From the IMG/VR virus record IMGVR_UViG_3300032335_000777, positions 45,984-109,983 of that record: DNA of 64,000 nt; one strand, 5' to 3'. This document shows, piece by piece, positions 1 through 10,386 of this stretch; positions within the stretch are counted from its first letter, which is position 1, and each line of letters starts with the position of its first letter. The position numbers and the translations under genes were made by a program. This DNA is from a virus. Its lineage: Duplodnaviria > Caudoviricetes. The notes below the pieces were generated by a model. It did no database searches, was not told the origin of the DNA, and worked only from the letters and a program-made list of their open reading frames with translations.

Positions 1-3000
1 CCATTCACCATTCTTAAGCTTCACTTCTCTATAAGCACCATCAATGATCACTGAGAAACCATCAGCTTCATCATATCCTCCAAACTTCTTAATAAACTTA
101 GAGAATGGGTTTACATCATTTAGTGTAGCAGTTTTAACGTATGACTTAAATGTATAACGAAACTTATCATCTGCTTCTAGAGATAGGTCTTCTGTTACAT
201 CATTGAATCTATTATTTAGAAACTTATTGAATTCTGGATGATCAATAGTTACTCTTCTAGGAGATAGCCAAGACTTGATACGCTTGGTTTCATCTAGTTT
301 ACCATTTTTAATTTTGAATTGATAAGGATCGCCAAATATAAATTTGTGCATTTCAATGTTTGCAATCATGTAGTTCATGTTTACAAACGAAAGCACCTGC
401 ATCATCTCGTCTTCAGATAATGAATTTCTATTCAATTCATTAGTTTGAGCAAACTTGCTATCTAAAGTTTCATATCTATAACCCTCTGAATTTTTTGTCA
501 CTTCACCAGAATTAATCAAATCTTTCAGTGTTGATTGATTTAGACTAGTGATTGTATTTCTAATAGAATTTTCTAGAGCTTCATCACTAACAAGAGCTAG
601 AATGTCCTTTCTAGATTTACCTTCTTTAATAGCTTTATGTATCTCTTCAACAAGTGGTGCATCAAGAATATCTTTGAAGAATCTAAGTTCTTTAGCGTTA
701 TCTTTTGCAGAAGCAAGTTTTGATCTTGTTTCCCAATCAAGGGCCAAATCAACCTCATCTTCTAAGTATCCCTTGAAGATGCTCTTGATTTTTGTAAATG
801 CTCTTTCAGCATCGTTGTTGAATAGTTCATACTCAACCATTGATCCTAGATTCAGCATTCTTTCTGTAGAAGAGTCTGCTGGTACTAAGATGTAATAGTT
901 ACCATTTATGTTTTGATTGATTTCAACAGTGAATCTGTCACCCTTTGTCAAAGATGATATGGATAGTCCTCTATCAGTAGTCTCATCTTTCAATCCATCA
1001 ATTACACCAATCTGTAAAACTTTACCTTCAATCTTATTACCATTATCATCATAGAACATTCCACCCTTCTTAATCAACAAGCTGTTCTTTGAGAATGCAT
1101 CTTTTAGCTCTGGTCTTGCTTCAAATAGTTCATCAAGAGTCATTGCCTCATTGAACTCTGCTTCGAATACAGAAGGAGCGTTACTATCTGTGAAGTTACT
1201 TATACGCTTATTCTCTATGTTAAATCTAGTTGTATCCTGGTCAGGATTAACTAGTCTAACATACATATCTGCAAGAGTTCTCACATGAGAGTCCACTCCT
1301 GAGAACTTGTCTCCAGATAATGAAGCATATCCATTTGGACCCATTTCATATATCTTGGTTACAGCATTATCAAACCTCTTATTAAGTTTCTCATCATTAT
1401 TTATCTTTTCAATAAAGCTTAATGGGAACTCAATGCCTATATTCTTCAGATAGTTTTGTACAGCCTGTGGCTTAAGAAGACCTTCTTTAGTTGGATATTC
1501 TTTTTGGTCTTTATTAATTGCGTAAAGTGTTATTCCTTTGTCACCTTTCTTTTTGAAAATAAATGATGTTTCTGATTTAGAAAGTTGTTTTATATTTTGG
1601 AACCACTCGTTTCTAGTTTTATTCAAAGCAGATGTTCTATCACCAGGAGCAGTGAATGATTCAACACCACCATCTCCCTCTCTTTGAATTGCTATTTCAA
1701 CAAATGGATTACTCTTAGACATTGATTGAATAAACTGAATATAGAATCTCCAGTCAGCTTCTTCAAACTTGCTATAATCAAGAATTCCATTCTTAGCATC
1801 GCCACCAAGTCTATTGAAGATTCTGTAATAGTTACCATCTTCTTTTACCAGATCAATAATTTTTTGATCAACTTTTGCCAAGCTTGTATTAGAAAGCTTG
1901 TTCAATAGGGTTGCGAACGTCTTATTAAAATTGTTTAGAAGACTCAATCCCTTCACTGACTTAGATCTTAGCAGCTTAGGAGCAGTACCTTCTGGATAAA
2001 CAGTTTCAGCTGCTGGGTTAGAAGCCAATACAAACTTCACAGAGAACCTCATGTTCTTTTTGAAGTCTATTTCAAAGGCTTCAGCAGCATAGAGTCTATC
2101 AGTTTGGCTAGCATCATTTGTACTAACCACACCTTCAGTGTCAATATTTATACCCATTGTTCTAATTAGATCTTTTGATCTCAAGAACAAATCTTTGAAA
2201 GCCTCTTCTCCAAGAAGTTCTATGTTGTCAGTATATTCACTTCTCAAGAAATTGTACACTTCTTTTCCAGTGACAGATCTTGGATTGAATAGTTTTTCCA
2301 ATCCATCAGTGTTGTTTCTATTGAAGATGTATTCAGACATTGTAATAGTCATGTCCTGAACAATTGCCCAAGCCTCATCTTCAGATAATACACTACCATC
2401 TGCTATACTTATCTTTCTGTATTCAGGAGCTGCTGATTTAGCTTCTTCTGAAACAACATAATCTTTGAACTTACCTGTATCAATAGACTTGAACAAATCA
2501 TCTTTGAGAGATGGCTTTGCAACAAAGCTTTTGAAGAAGTCAACAATAGCCTTGAAGAAGTTTCTTATCTTCTCAGACAATGTTCTAGCTGGCAGCTTAC
2601 CAAGTCTATAGTCAGCAAAGTCATCAGCAATACGTTCTTTAGCTTGTCTATCTGTAGCATTACTGTATGCAACAAGTTGACCACTTTCTCTATCAAGGAA
2701 ACTACCACGCTTAGATTTAAACTCATCTAGAATAGCTTGTCTCTCGCCTTCTGTCAAGAATGCTTTCCATACACCTTCAAAGACTTCGTGATATTCTGTA
2801 CCACTCAAACCACGTCTGAAGAACTTAGCAACTCCGCCTTCAAATACACCCCATGCCTTAGAACCATCATGTAGTGTGATGATGTTCTCAAGGATTTCAA
2901 ATGGTATGTTAGGAACATTCTTTGCATGCCAAGCTTTGAATGCTTCAATGTCTCTATCACTTATTCTTCCACCACGTTCACCAGTACGAACTTTTCTAGT

Positions 3001-6000
3001 TTCCTCATCTTTAACACCAGACTTAAATCCTGATAGTCCTTTCTTTTCTTTAGGTGCTTCTTTTTCAACAGGTGCAGGAGCTTCAGTAGGTGCAGATTCT
3101 TCAATAGTTGGTTCAGTAGTTTCAGAAACAGGAGCCTCTGGAGCAACAGGAGCTGGAGCTGGTGCTTCATTAATTGCAGCTTCCACTTTACTTGCTGCTT
3201 CACCAATGTAGAACACTGTTGCTGCATCAAAATCATTTAGTCCTTCTGTTGCTGTAGGATATTTCTTTCTAGCAACTTCAATCTTTTTAGGATTGTCAGC
3301 AAACTTCTGTATTGTCTCTGCATTAGTTTCTGGAGAGATTGCATCAATTTCAATTTCACCACTTGGTAGAATGTTAGCTTTGAAACTAAACTCACCACCA
3401 AACATGGTTACAGTGTTTACAGTGCCATCGTTAAGAGTGTATGGTCCCACTGTAACAGGAACGTCAGATTCAATTATATCTGATGGTCTTACTGGAGCAC
3501 CTGAGCTAGAAGGGCTTGGGGGATCTTGTTCTTTCTCACTTGGTACATATCCTTCATCACCTGTCTCAAAGTTAATCAGCGTAGCATACTTACCTGCAAA
3601 TGCGTAAGGTTGTGCTTCTGTAGGATTTGCAATTGTTACAAATGGAATCTCATCTGTAGTTCTGTCTTTACCAGAGGCAAGATAGGATTGATAGTTTGGC
3701 CATTCTCTTTCTTGTAACTTACCATCTTCAAGGAAGTATTCAAAGAATGGACTTTCTAGTCTCAATGTTTTAGCATTGGCAGAATGATACATCTCAGAAA
3801 GCTGAGCAACAATCTCTTGTTCTTTAGAAGCGATTTCTGAGAACTTATATGATTGTGATCCAAGCTTAAGAGTGAGGTTTTCTGTGTCAAACCAAAACTG
3901 ATTATCTTTTGCGTTTTCTGTAATCTTCTTATAGTTGAGAACATTCTTCAAGAACAATAATTTGTTCTTGTCAAACTGAGGAGCTTTACCTTCGCTAGCA
4001 TCCTTCTCAAGCTTTGTTATAATAGACTTAATAAGTTCGTATGCTGTAGCAGCTTTCTTCTTACCAAGCTTATTATTGTTTAGATATTGTAATAGGTCAC
4101 CATTTTGAATGTAGACAAGTCCTTTTTTAGAATTTACAATCTTACCATTGTATGAAATAGTATCAGTGGTAACAACATTTATAAGTCCTGGAATAGTAGC
4201 TATTGCAGTTTCATCAACTAAAGAACTAGTTACAGGATTCTTTTTATATACACCACCCTCTTTTTTTGTATTAGCAAAACCTGCTGAAACTCTAAATTCA
4301 AGAGTTGGAGGAACTGTAGAAGGCTTCATAAGTTCTACACGTCTGTTTCTCCAAATCTTTGCAAACTTTACAAAGTCATCCTTCTCATTCGTTCTATATC
4401 TATCATTTCCTCTACTATCTGTAATAGATGTGCTAGGCATTGTTTGGAATATAACCTTTCCAAGATCAGTAGGTTGACCCACTTCACCAATGCGCTTACC
4501 ATCCTGATCTACAAAGTATCTCTTCTTACCATCAATCTCAACAAATACCATTGCTACGAATCCATTGTCTTCATTCATGACTCTGGATTCAAAAGCAGCT
4601 TTATCAGCATCCACTTGCTCTTGTGTCATTTTGTATGACAAAGCTGTAATGCCAGATAGGCCAAGAGATTCTTCTTGGCTGTATGTAAATACAATTGCTC
4701 TAAGCTTATTTCTATTCTTAAATTTTCTGATTTTATTTAAGAAAATTCTTGATCTTGTTACATGAGGCTCTGACTTAGAAGTGTCAGCAAATTCCTCAGA
4801 CTCTGTAATACTAGAATCAAAGAAATCTATAGCACTTTTCATTCTACCAGTTTCGCCTGTATCAACTCTTTCTCCAACATCTTCTGGGAGAGTGCCTACA
4901 GGGAATGGTTCGTTGTCAGAAATATCTTCTTGTTGTTTATCAAGAGAGCTACTAGATTCTTTAATCTTATCAGCTATTTCTTTTGCCTTAGCTTGTTTTT
5001 CAAGCAGTTCTTTAGTAAGTCTTTTAAATCTATTTATAACAGCTGCACTGATCTTTTTATCACCAAGAGAGTTAATGTATTCAAGTTTGTTTACGCCTTC
5101 TCCTGGCTTCTCATATATGTCTCTGAAGGCAGGATATTGAAGTACATCATCAATAGATTGATTCAATGCATCTTCAAGTTCCTGAGAAGTGTTATCCTCT
5201 TCAGTGATGTTGTATTTATTAAATTGTTCAGGAGAGAAGAACGTAGCAGTACCATCAGGTAGTTGCACTTCAAACTCTCCACCAAGTGTACTGGATAATA
5301 CAGTGAACTTTGGTGCAAGAACGATCTTTCCTTTTTCTAAAGTGATGGGTTCAGCAAGAGAATAGGTTTTGCCCAATTCTAAAGTTTTCTGAACTTTCTT
5401 TCTACCTTCTTTTTGAGAAACTTCTACATCTTGGATTTCTTCCTCTGGACGTTCGTAGTTTAATGGATCATTCTTAATACTATCGTATTCTCCAATAAAC
5501 ATCTTTCTTCTTAGAGATAGCTCAATAACATCGTCTAGAGTGCCTTTGAGTTCATCCTTAACATCAGATGTCACACTCATTGAGTTAATTGTTTCTAGAG
5601 CTTCTTTGGTAGCTTCAGCGTTTGGTTTACCTGTCTCAATAATGTCTTGGAGAATTGCTTGTGTATTAATACCAGCAGTGGTCAACTTAACATTCAGTTC
5701 AGGAATCCTTACATCATAGTTTGCAATTTTAGTACTTGCATAAGCAAGCATGTCAATTGCAAAAGGAGAATACTTTCTTTTTTGTTCACCATCAACTTCT
5801 ATAGTCTCACCAGCATATCTAATGTTCAAAGCCTGATACATATCACTGAGAGCCTTTGCAGAGTTCTCAATGCTAGTGATTCTTTTCTGGAAGGTTTCAA
5901 CAGTATCGTTGATGTTTGCCATTCCTTGTTCCTTAAGTTCAGTGAGACCTTGTTCAGTCAATCCACCTTTCTTAAGTTCATCCAGATCTTCCATCACCAT

Positions 6001-7767
6001 ATCAAATCTTCCGTATTTGATACGTGGTGCTAGATAGTTATACATCTGGTCACTGTACAAGTCACGCTCTTCTAATCTATCACCATTGATGATTGCGTCT
6101 CTATGTTGTTGTTGTAATACAACGCCTCTGTTAGCAGCAGCAAGTCTATCTTCAAATGCTTCTTTGAACGATGGTGCATTATTCATCATGTTCAAAAAGA
6201 TCTCTGTATTCTTTGCCAGAGCTTTTCTTTCTCGATAGGTACCTCTTGCTTGCATCAAGCCACCAGTGATTCCTCCAAGAATACCACTCTCAATACCTTC
6301 TTTAGATACAAGAGCACCTACGCCTTCTCCAAATTTATCTTTACCAAACAATCCATACAAGAAGCCATCTACAAATAGATCAGCTTCTCCACCTTCTTGA
6401 GCCTTCTTAAAATAGTTTTGTGTACCTACTTGCAATCCATATTGTAAAATCTCTTGAGCTGATTCTTTTGGATCAAACACATAAACCCCACTTCTTTTTA
6501 CACCTTGATAAAGTTTACCAAATCTAGTTTTTGGTCCAGCTTTGGCTACATACTTTCCTGTCTCATCAATTACAAAATCATCAACTCTTCCTAGCAAACT
6601 GTTTGCAGCTTGTCTACTTGCTGAATAGCTTGATCCCATCAAGTATGGAAGTTGTGAATATTCTGTAATAGACAACAATGCCATGTTGCCAAAGAAAGCA
6701 GTTTTACCAACTCTCTCAGCTTCAACATTTATATTTTTTAAGTCTTCACCAATTGGAGCAAATCCATTTTTTTTAGTGTACTCTTCAATTAAATTTTCTC
6801 TAAATTCTTTAGATGTATGCAAAGCTTCGAACGATGCTTCACCAGCAGATGAATTAATTGCTACAGCAGTTCTTCTGAAATTATCACCAAACTTTGCAAA
6901 CTGTGTAGTTTGTTTAGCCAGGTTAGCCAAAGCAGAAGATCTTGCAGACAAATCTGCTATAGATGAAATCTGACTTTCTAATATAGATGCAGCCTCTACA
7001 TTTTTAGCAGCTGAGAATGCTCTTGATGTGTTTCTTAGAAGTGGTGTAAAAAGTTTAAATCCTTGTGAAGCTTCAGCAATAGTTGCAGCTCTAGCAGCTG
7101 CGCTACCTATTGTTGAACCAAGTCTTAAAAGTCCAGCATTTGCAATGTTACCAGTAACCATTGCCCCCACTGCAAATCCAGCATTCTTGATTAACTTATC
7201 AAAAAGAAAGTTGGTTGTAAACCAGTTATCTGTAGAATACCACTCAGAATTTTTCTCAGCAGCTGTATAATAGTTTGGAAGAAACTCATTATCAACTTTA
7301 GTATTCCACTTATCCAATCCACGCATTACTTCATTGTCAAATACATCAGACATTTTCTGTGTAAATAACAATGACTTACCAACACCATATAGCATACCAA
7401 ATCCACCAGCTACTGTAGTGGCTGCAAGGTTTGCTCCTTTCAATACACCATTGGCAGCTTGCTTATACCAAGCTTGCCCTTGTGCAGCAAAGTCTTCGTA
7501 GTCTCCAATTGTAGGATTGAAAGTTTTGTATCTCTTATTTGCTTCAAGTTCTGCATTGCTAACAAACAATCCCTTTTGAGAAAACTTTTGTCCAGCAGCT
7601 GCTAGTTCAGCAAATACATCTTCCTTCTGAGAAAGATCTGAAACTCCACCACCTTGTCCAGAACTAAAGTTCATTGGAGGATCCTTTGGTGCAACTAGTG
7701 GAATATTAGAAGATTTGTAACCTGTTTCTTTAATGATGGGTTGTAAGTTTCTATCAAAATCAGCCAT
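1..7767 (-). CDS. Giant virion-ejected protein with crAss-type virion RNA polymerase region (3' partial, >2589 aa)
   Basis: ATG at 7767 (MADFDRNLQP...). Spot-checked stretches are open to the window edge, and having no stop in the window explains its absence from the ORF track. Hydrophobic Gly/Ala-rich N-terminal helices, a zincin-like segment GTEYHEVFEG (~2776-2800), and near the edge EMHKFIFGDPYQFK..DETKRIKSWLSP and YDEADG, resembling crAss/phi14:2 gp66-type RNAP motifs. The catalytic DxDxD would lie outside the window. Confidence 0.8.
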   Translation of the reverse strand, partial: MADFDRNLQPIIKETGYKSSNIPLVAPKDPPMNFSSGQGGGVSDLSQKEDVFAELAAAGQKFSQKGLFVSNAELEANKRYKTFNPTIGDYEDFAAQGQAWYKQAANGVLKGANLAATTVAGGFGMLYGVGKSLLFTQKMSDVFDNEVMRGLDKWNTKVDNEFLPNYYTAAEKNSEWYSTDNWFTTNFLFDKLIKNAGFAVGAMVTGNIANAGLLRLGSTIGSAAARAATIAEASQGFKLFTPLLRNTSRAFSAAKNVEAASILESQISSIADLSARSSALANLAKQTTQFAKFGDNFRRTAVAINSSAGEASFEALHTSKEFRENLIEEYTKKNGFAPIGEDLKNINVEAERVGKTAFFGNMALLSITEYSQLPYLMGSSYSASRQAANSLLGRVDDFVIDETGKYVAKAGPKTRFGKLYQGVKRSGVYVFDPKESAQEILQYGLQVGTQNYFKKAQEGGEADLFVDGFLYGLFGKDKFGEGVGALVSKEGIESGILGGITGGLMQARGTYRERKALAKNTEIFLNMMNNAPSFKEAFEDRLAAANRGVVLQQQHRDAIINGDRLEERDLYSDQMYNYLAPRIKYGRFDMVMEDLDELKKGGLTEQGLTELKEQGMANINDTVETFQKRITSIENSAKALSDMYQALNIRYAGETIEVDGEQKRKYSPFAIDMLAYASTKIANYDVRIPELNVKLTTAGINTQAILQDIIETGKPNAEATKEALETINSMSVTSDVKDELKGTLDDVIELSLRRKMFIGEYDSIKNDPLNYERPEEEIQDVEVSQKEGRKKVQKTLELGKTYSLAEPITLEKGKIVLAPKFTVLSSTLGGEFEVQLPDGTATFFSPEQFNKYNITEEDNTSQELEDALNQSIDDVLQYPAFRDIYEKPGEGVNKLEYINSLGDKKISAAVINRFKRLTKELLEKQAKAKEIADKIKESSSSLDKQQEDISDNEPFPVGTLPEDVGERVDTGETGRMKSAIDFFDSSITESEEFADTSKSEPHVTRSRIFLNKIRKFKNRNKLRAIVFTYSQEESLGLSGITALSYKMTQEQVDADKAAFESRVMNEDNGFVAMVFVEIDGKKRYFVDQDGKRIGEVGQPTDLGKVIFQTMPSTSITDSRGNDRYRTNEKDDFVKFAKIWRNRRVELMKPSTVPPTLEFRVSAGFANTKKEGGVYKKNPVTSSLVDETAIATIPGLINVVTTDTISYNGKIVNSKKGLVYIQNGDLLQYLNNNKLGKKKAATAYELIKSIITKLEKDASEGKAPQFDKNKLLFLKNVLNYKKITENAKDNQFWFDTENLTLKLGSQSYKFSEIASKEQEIVAQLSEMYHSANAKTLRLESPFFEYFLEDGKLQEREWPNYQSYLASGKDRTTDEIPFVTIANPTEAQPYAFAGKYATLINFETGDEGYVPSEKEQDPPSPSSSGAPVRPSDIIESDVPVTVGPYTLNDGTVNTVTMFGGEFSFKANILPSGEIEIDAISPETNAETIQKFADNPKKIEVARKKYPTATEGLNDFDAATVFYIGEAASKVEAAINEAPAPAPVAPEAPVSETTEPTIEESAPTEAPAPVEKEAPKEKKGLSGFKSGVKDEETRKVRTGERGGRISDRDIEAFKAWHAKNVPNIPFEILENIITLHDGSKAWGVFEGGVAKFFRRGLSGTEYHEVFEGVWKAFLTEGERQAILDEFKSKRGSFLDRESGQLVAYSNATDRQAKERIADDFADYRLGKLPARTLSEKIRNFFKAIVDFFKSFVAKPSLKDDLFKSIDTGKFKDYVVSEEAKSAAPEYRKISIADGSVLSEDEAWAIVQDMTITMSEYIFNRNNTDGLEKLFNPRSVTGKEVYNFLRSEYTDNIELLGEEAFKDLFLRSKDLIRTMGINIDTEGVVSTNDASQTDRLYAAEAFEIDFKKNMRFSVKFVLASNPAAETVYPEGTAPKLLRSKSVKGLSLLNNFNKTFATLLNKLSNTSLAKVDQKIIDLVKEDGNYYRIFNRLGGDAKNGILDYSKFEEADWRFYIQFIQSMSKSNPFVEIAIQREGDGGVESFTAPGDRTSALNKTRNEWFQNIKQLSKSETSFIFKKKGDKGITLYAINKDQKEYPTKEGLLKPQAVQNYLKNIGIEFPLSFIEKINNDEKLNKRFDNAVTKIYEMGPNGYASLSGDKFSGVDSHVRTLADMYVRLVNPDQDTTRFNIENKRISNFTDSNAPSVFEAEFNEAMTLDELFEARPELKDAFSKNSLLIKKGGMFYDDNGNKIEGKVLQIGVIDGLKDETTDRGLSISSLTKGDRFTVEINQNINGNYYILVPADSSTERMLNLGSMVEYELFNNDAERAFTKIKSIFKGYLEDEVDLALDWETRSKLASAKDNAKELRFFKDILDAPLVEEIHKAIKEGKSRKDILALVSDEALENSIRNTITSLNQSTLKDLINSGEVTKNSEGYRYETLDSKFAQTNELNRNSLSEDEMMQVLSFVNMNYMIANIEMHKFIFGDPYQFKIKNGKLDETKRIKSWLSPRRVTIDHPEFNKFLNNRFNDVTEDLSLEADDKFRYTFKSYVKTATLNDVNPFSKFIKKFGGYDEADGFSVIIDGAYREVKLKNGEW

Positions 7768-7778
7768 TCTAGCAATGA

Positions 7779-10337
7779 TTACATGGTTCTAATAATTTTT
7801 TTAACTTCCTCTGAAATATTCGGAGATTGAAGATACAACTGTTTTACCTTTTCATCAGTAAGATTCCCTATAAAATTCATTCCCTCAGTTGCATCTACTG
7901 GCTGTTGAGGCTGTAATGGATAAACTATTCCATTAGGAAGCTTTAATCTAAAAGTCAAATATTGCTTTTCTGGAGATCCTAATGAGTGCTTCATATCAGC
8001 TCTAACATTCATATTAACTCTAGGCATATATTGACCTTGGAAATAAGCATTTTCAAAACTTCCAGTGGGATTTGTATTTCTTCCACCCATAGATTGCGCT
8101 TCTATTAGTCTTCTTAATTGAGGGCTTGGAGAATCTTTATCAATTATTGGAAGCTGTTGTGCTTCTCTTGGATCTAAAGGTATAACAACTTCTTCATCTC
8201 CTTTGAGAATAATTAGAGAAGTTTGATCACCTTGTTCAAGTTTCTTATATTGAAGATTTGATTTATCAGAAGAATCAAACCACTGCAACACTTCTCTCGC
8301 TCTGCTACTAGAAAGTCCTTCATATCCTCCTTCCATTCCAGATAAAGAAGTATCTGCTACTTTTCTCAATAATGATGTGGATATATTTTCCCAAGTACTT
8401 CTTGCAATATTACCTTCTCCCGTTCCAAATATAATTGGAACTTCTCTAGGGATGTATTGAATAGTTTTATCACTAATTTTTTTCTCTATAAGAGAATTAT
8501 ATTGACCGTTATAATCTGATGTTGCTCTTCTATAAGGTGCAAAATATCCTCTTAACATTGCTTTATTGTCATACATTATCTTCTCTCTTTCTGAAAGAGG
8601 AGATAATATTTCTGTTTCTACTTTTTGACCACCAGTAGCACCTGTTCCAGATACCTGACCGCCTGTTACAGTTTCTTTTACTTTTGTTAAATACTGCGCC
8701 ACTTCAAAAGGAGTGAAGAAATATTCTCTTCCTTTTATAGTTACATTTAAAGCACCAACTTCTTTAAGCTGATTACCATATTCATTTTTAATCTGTTGAA
8801 GTTCTGGAGAATTTGCAGCTTCTTCCTCAACAGTTTTTAAGAATTGTTCTTTTCTACTCAAATCACCTTTAGCAGTGATTACTGAATTTGCTAAGTCTTT
8901 CAAATCATTAGGTATAAGAGACTCATACGCAGAGACATCTCCTTTTCTATAAGCCTCCAATGCATTCAATACTTGGATTTTTTGCACCTTTGTTCCTCCT
9001 CCAGCATTTAATGCATCCACTAGTTGATTAACTTGATCTTCAACTACTCCACTTGCACTTTCAACATCTTTCAAAAGAGCAACTCTTTGATTGGGAACGT
9101 TTGTACTTTTTCCACCATATACTTGAAATCCACCAGGTACACCAAACATTTTTGCATTTGCCTCGTCAAGTTTTAACTGATAATCTCGATCATCTTTAAA
9201 TTGACTCCAAGAAAATTTATCTTGTTCAAGTGCAAGATTTGCTTGTGATAAATTGAACCTTTTAGCTTCCCACTCATCTTGTCTTATAGGATTTGTCAAA
9301 AGATTATTCTTTTGATTTTCCCAAGCATTTGAACTAGCAAACTGTTCTATTGCTCCATTTTTATAAATAATTCCCTTTGCTTCTTCTGGATTTGCTTTAA
9401 TGAATTCTATCTCTTCATTCATCTCTGCGGTTAATGTTTTATTCACTGCTTGCAAAGATTTTATTCCTTGTTCAGCTTTAACGTATTTATCAGGATCAGA
9501 TTCATACATCTTTAGAGCACCTTGAAGCTCTATAATAGTTTTATTATTCTGTGCTATTGCAGATGCAGTTTTTGCTGTAGCTAATGTAGCAAGTTGTTCA
9601 GGATCAGTTATATTTCTAAACTGATATCTACCATTAATATTTAATTGTTCTAACTCATCAGGAGAAAGACTAGCTCTTAATGCATTTTGAATCTTTTCAG
9701 CACTAACGCCTTCCTTACTAATTCTTTGCATTGCTTGTGCTGTTGCACCAACATTGAGCGTACCATCTTGATTGTATTCATATGGGATGTCTTCTTCCAA
9801 AAGATCTGAGTGTAGAGTCTTCATGACTTCTAGCCACTTCTTATCTACATCAATATACTTTCTATATCTACCACTAAAGTTTGCGCCTAAATTAGGATCG
9901 TTCAACCAATCACTTGACTGTCTTGAAAAGTCATATTCATTTTGAATAGCAGACTCGCCTTTTTGTCTGGATTCTTCCATGAACTTTTGTTCTTTTCTGT
10001 ATGCAGCAGTTGCTTGTACAGAAGATAATACATTAGAATCTTTGGCAACACTACCAGCCATCCCTGCTACAGAATTGACTAATTGATAATTGGAGAAGTC
10101 AGCAGCTGCAACAGTCTTTAACTTAGAGCCAAGTTCATTAAGCTTTGATTGTAAATACTGTCTATCTACATCACGAGCAATATCTAATCCTGCGACTTGA
10201 TCTATCTGAGATTGGATCTTTTGCAATCCTTGGTCGTAACGCTGTTGCTTCTCCATACCAACTCTAACCATAGCCTCAACAGGAAGCTGTTGAATATATG
10301 GGTTAAACTGTGGTATTGCATCTGTAAATGAAGCCAT
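7779..10337 (-). CDS. Putative virion cargo/ejection protein
   Basis: 852 aa, helical, N-terminal FNPYIQQLP; directly upstream of the RNAP gene as in crAss-like cargo blocks. Confidence 0.6.
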   Translation of the reverse strand: MASFTDAIPQFNPYIQQLPVEAMVRVGMEKQQRYDQGLQKIQSQIDQVAGLDIARDVDRQYLQSKLNELGSKLKTVAAADFSNYQLVNSVAGMAGSVAKDSNVLSSVQATAAYRKEQKFMEESRQKGESAIQNEYDFSRQSSDWLNDPNLGANFSGRYRKYIDVDKKWLEVMKTLHSDLLEEDIPYEYNQDGTLNVGATAQAMQRISKEGVSAEKIQNALRASLSPDELEQLNINGRYQFRNITDPEQLATLATAKTASAIAQNNKTIIELQGALKMYESDPDKYVKAEQGIKSLQAVNKTLTAEMNEEIEFIKANPEEAKGIIYKNGAIEQFASSNAWENQKNNLLTNPIRQDEWEAKRFNLSQANLALEQDKFSWSQFKDDRDYQLKLDEANAKMFGVPGGFQVYGGKSTNVPNQRVALLKDVESASGVVEDQVNQLVDALNAGGGTKVQKIQVLNALEAYRKGDVSAYESLIPNDLKDLANSVITAKGDLSRKEQFLKTVEEEAANSPELQQIKNEYGNQLKEVGALNVTIKGREYFFTPFEVAQYLTKVKETVTGGQVSGTGATGGQKVETEILSPLSEREKIMYDNKAMLRGYFAPYRRATSDYNGQYNSLIEKKISDKTIQYIPREVPIIFGTGEGNIARSTWENISTSLLRKVADTSLSGMEGGYEGLSSSRAREVLQWFDSSDKSNLQYKKLEQGDQTSLIILKGDEEVVIPLDPREAQQLPIIDKDSPSPQLRRLIEAQSMGGRNTNPTGSFENAYFQGQYMPRVNMNVRADMKHSLGSPEKQYLTFRLKLPNGIVYPLQPQQPVDATEGMNFIGNLTDEKVKQLYLQSPNISEEVKKIIRTM

Positions 10338-10353
10338 GTTATTATTGTTTTAT

Positions 10354-10361
10354 CAAATTTA
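10354..10361 (-). promoter_or_regulatory. Bacteroidota -7 promoter box (TAAATTTG)
   Basis: Matches TAnnTTTG in the intergenic gap just upstream of ATG 10337; no properly spaced -33 box seen. Confidence 0.45.
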
Positions 10362-10386
10362 GTAGTAATATATTATTCTATGCACA

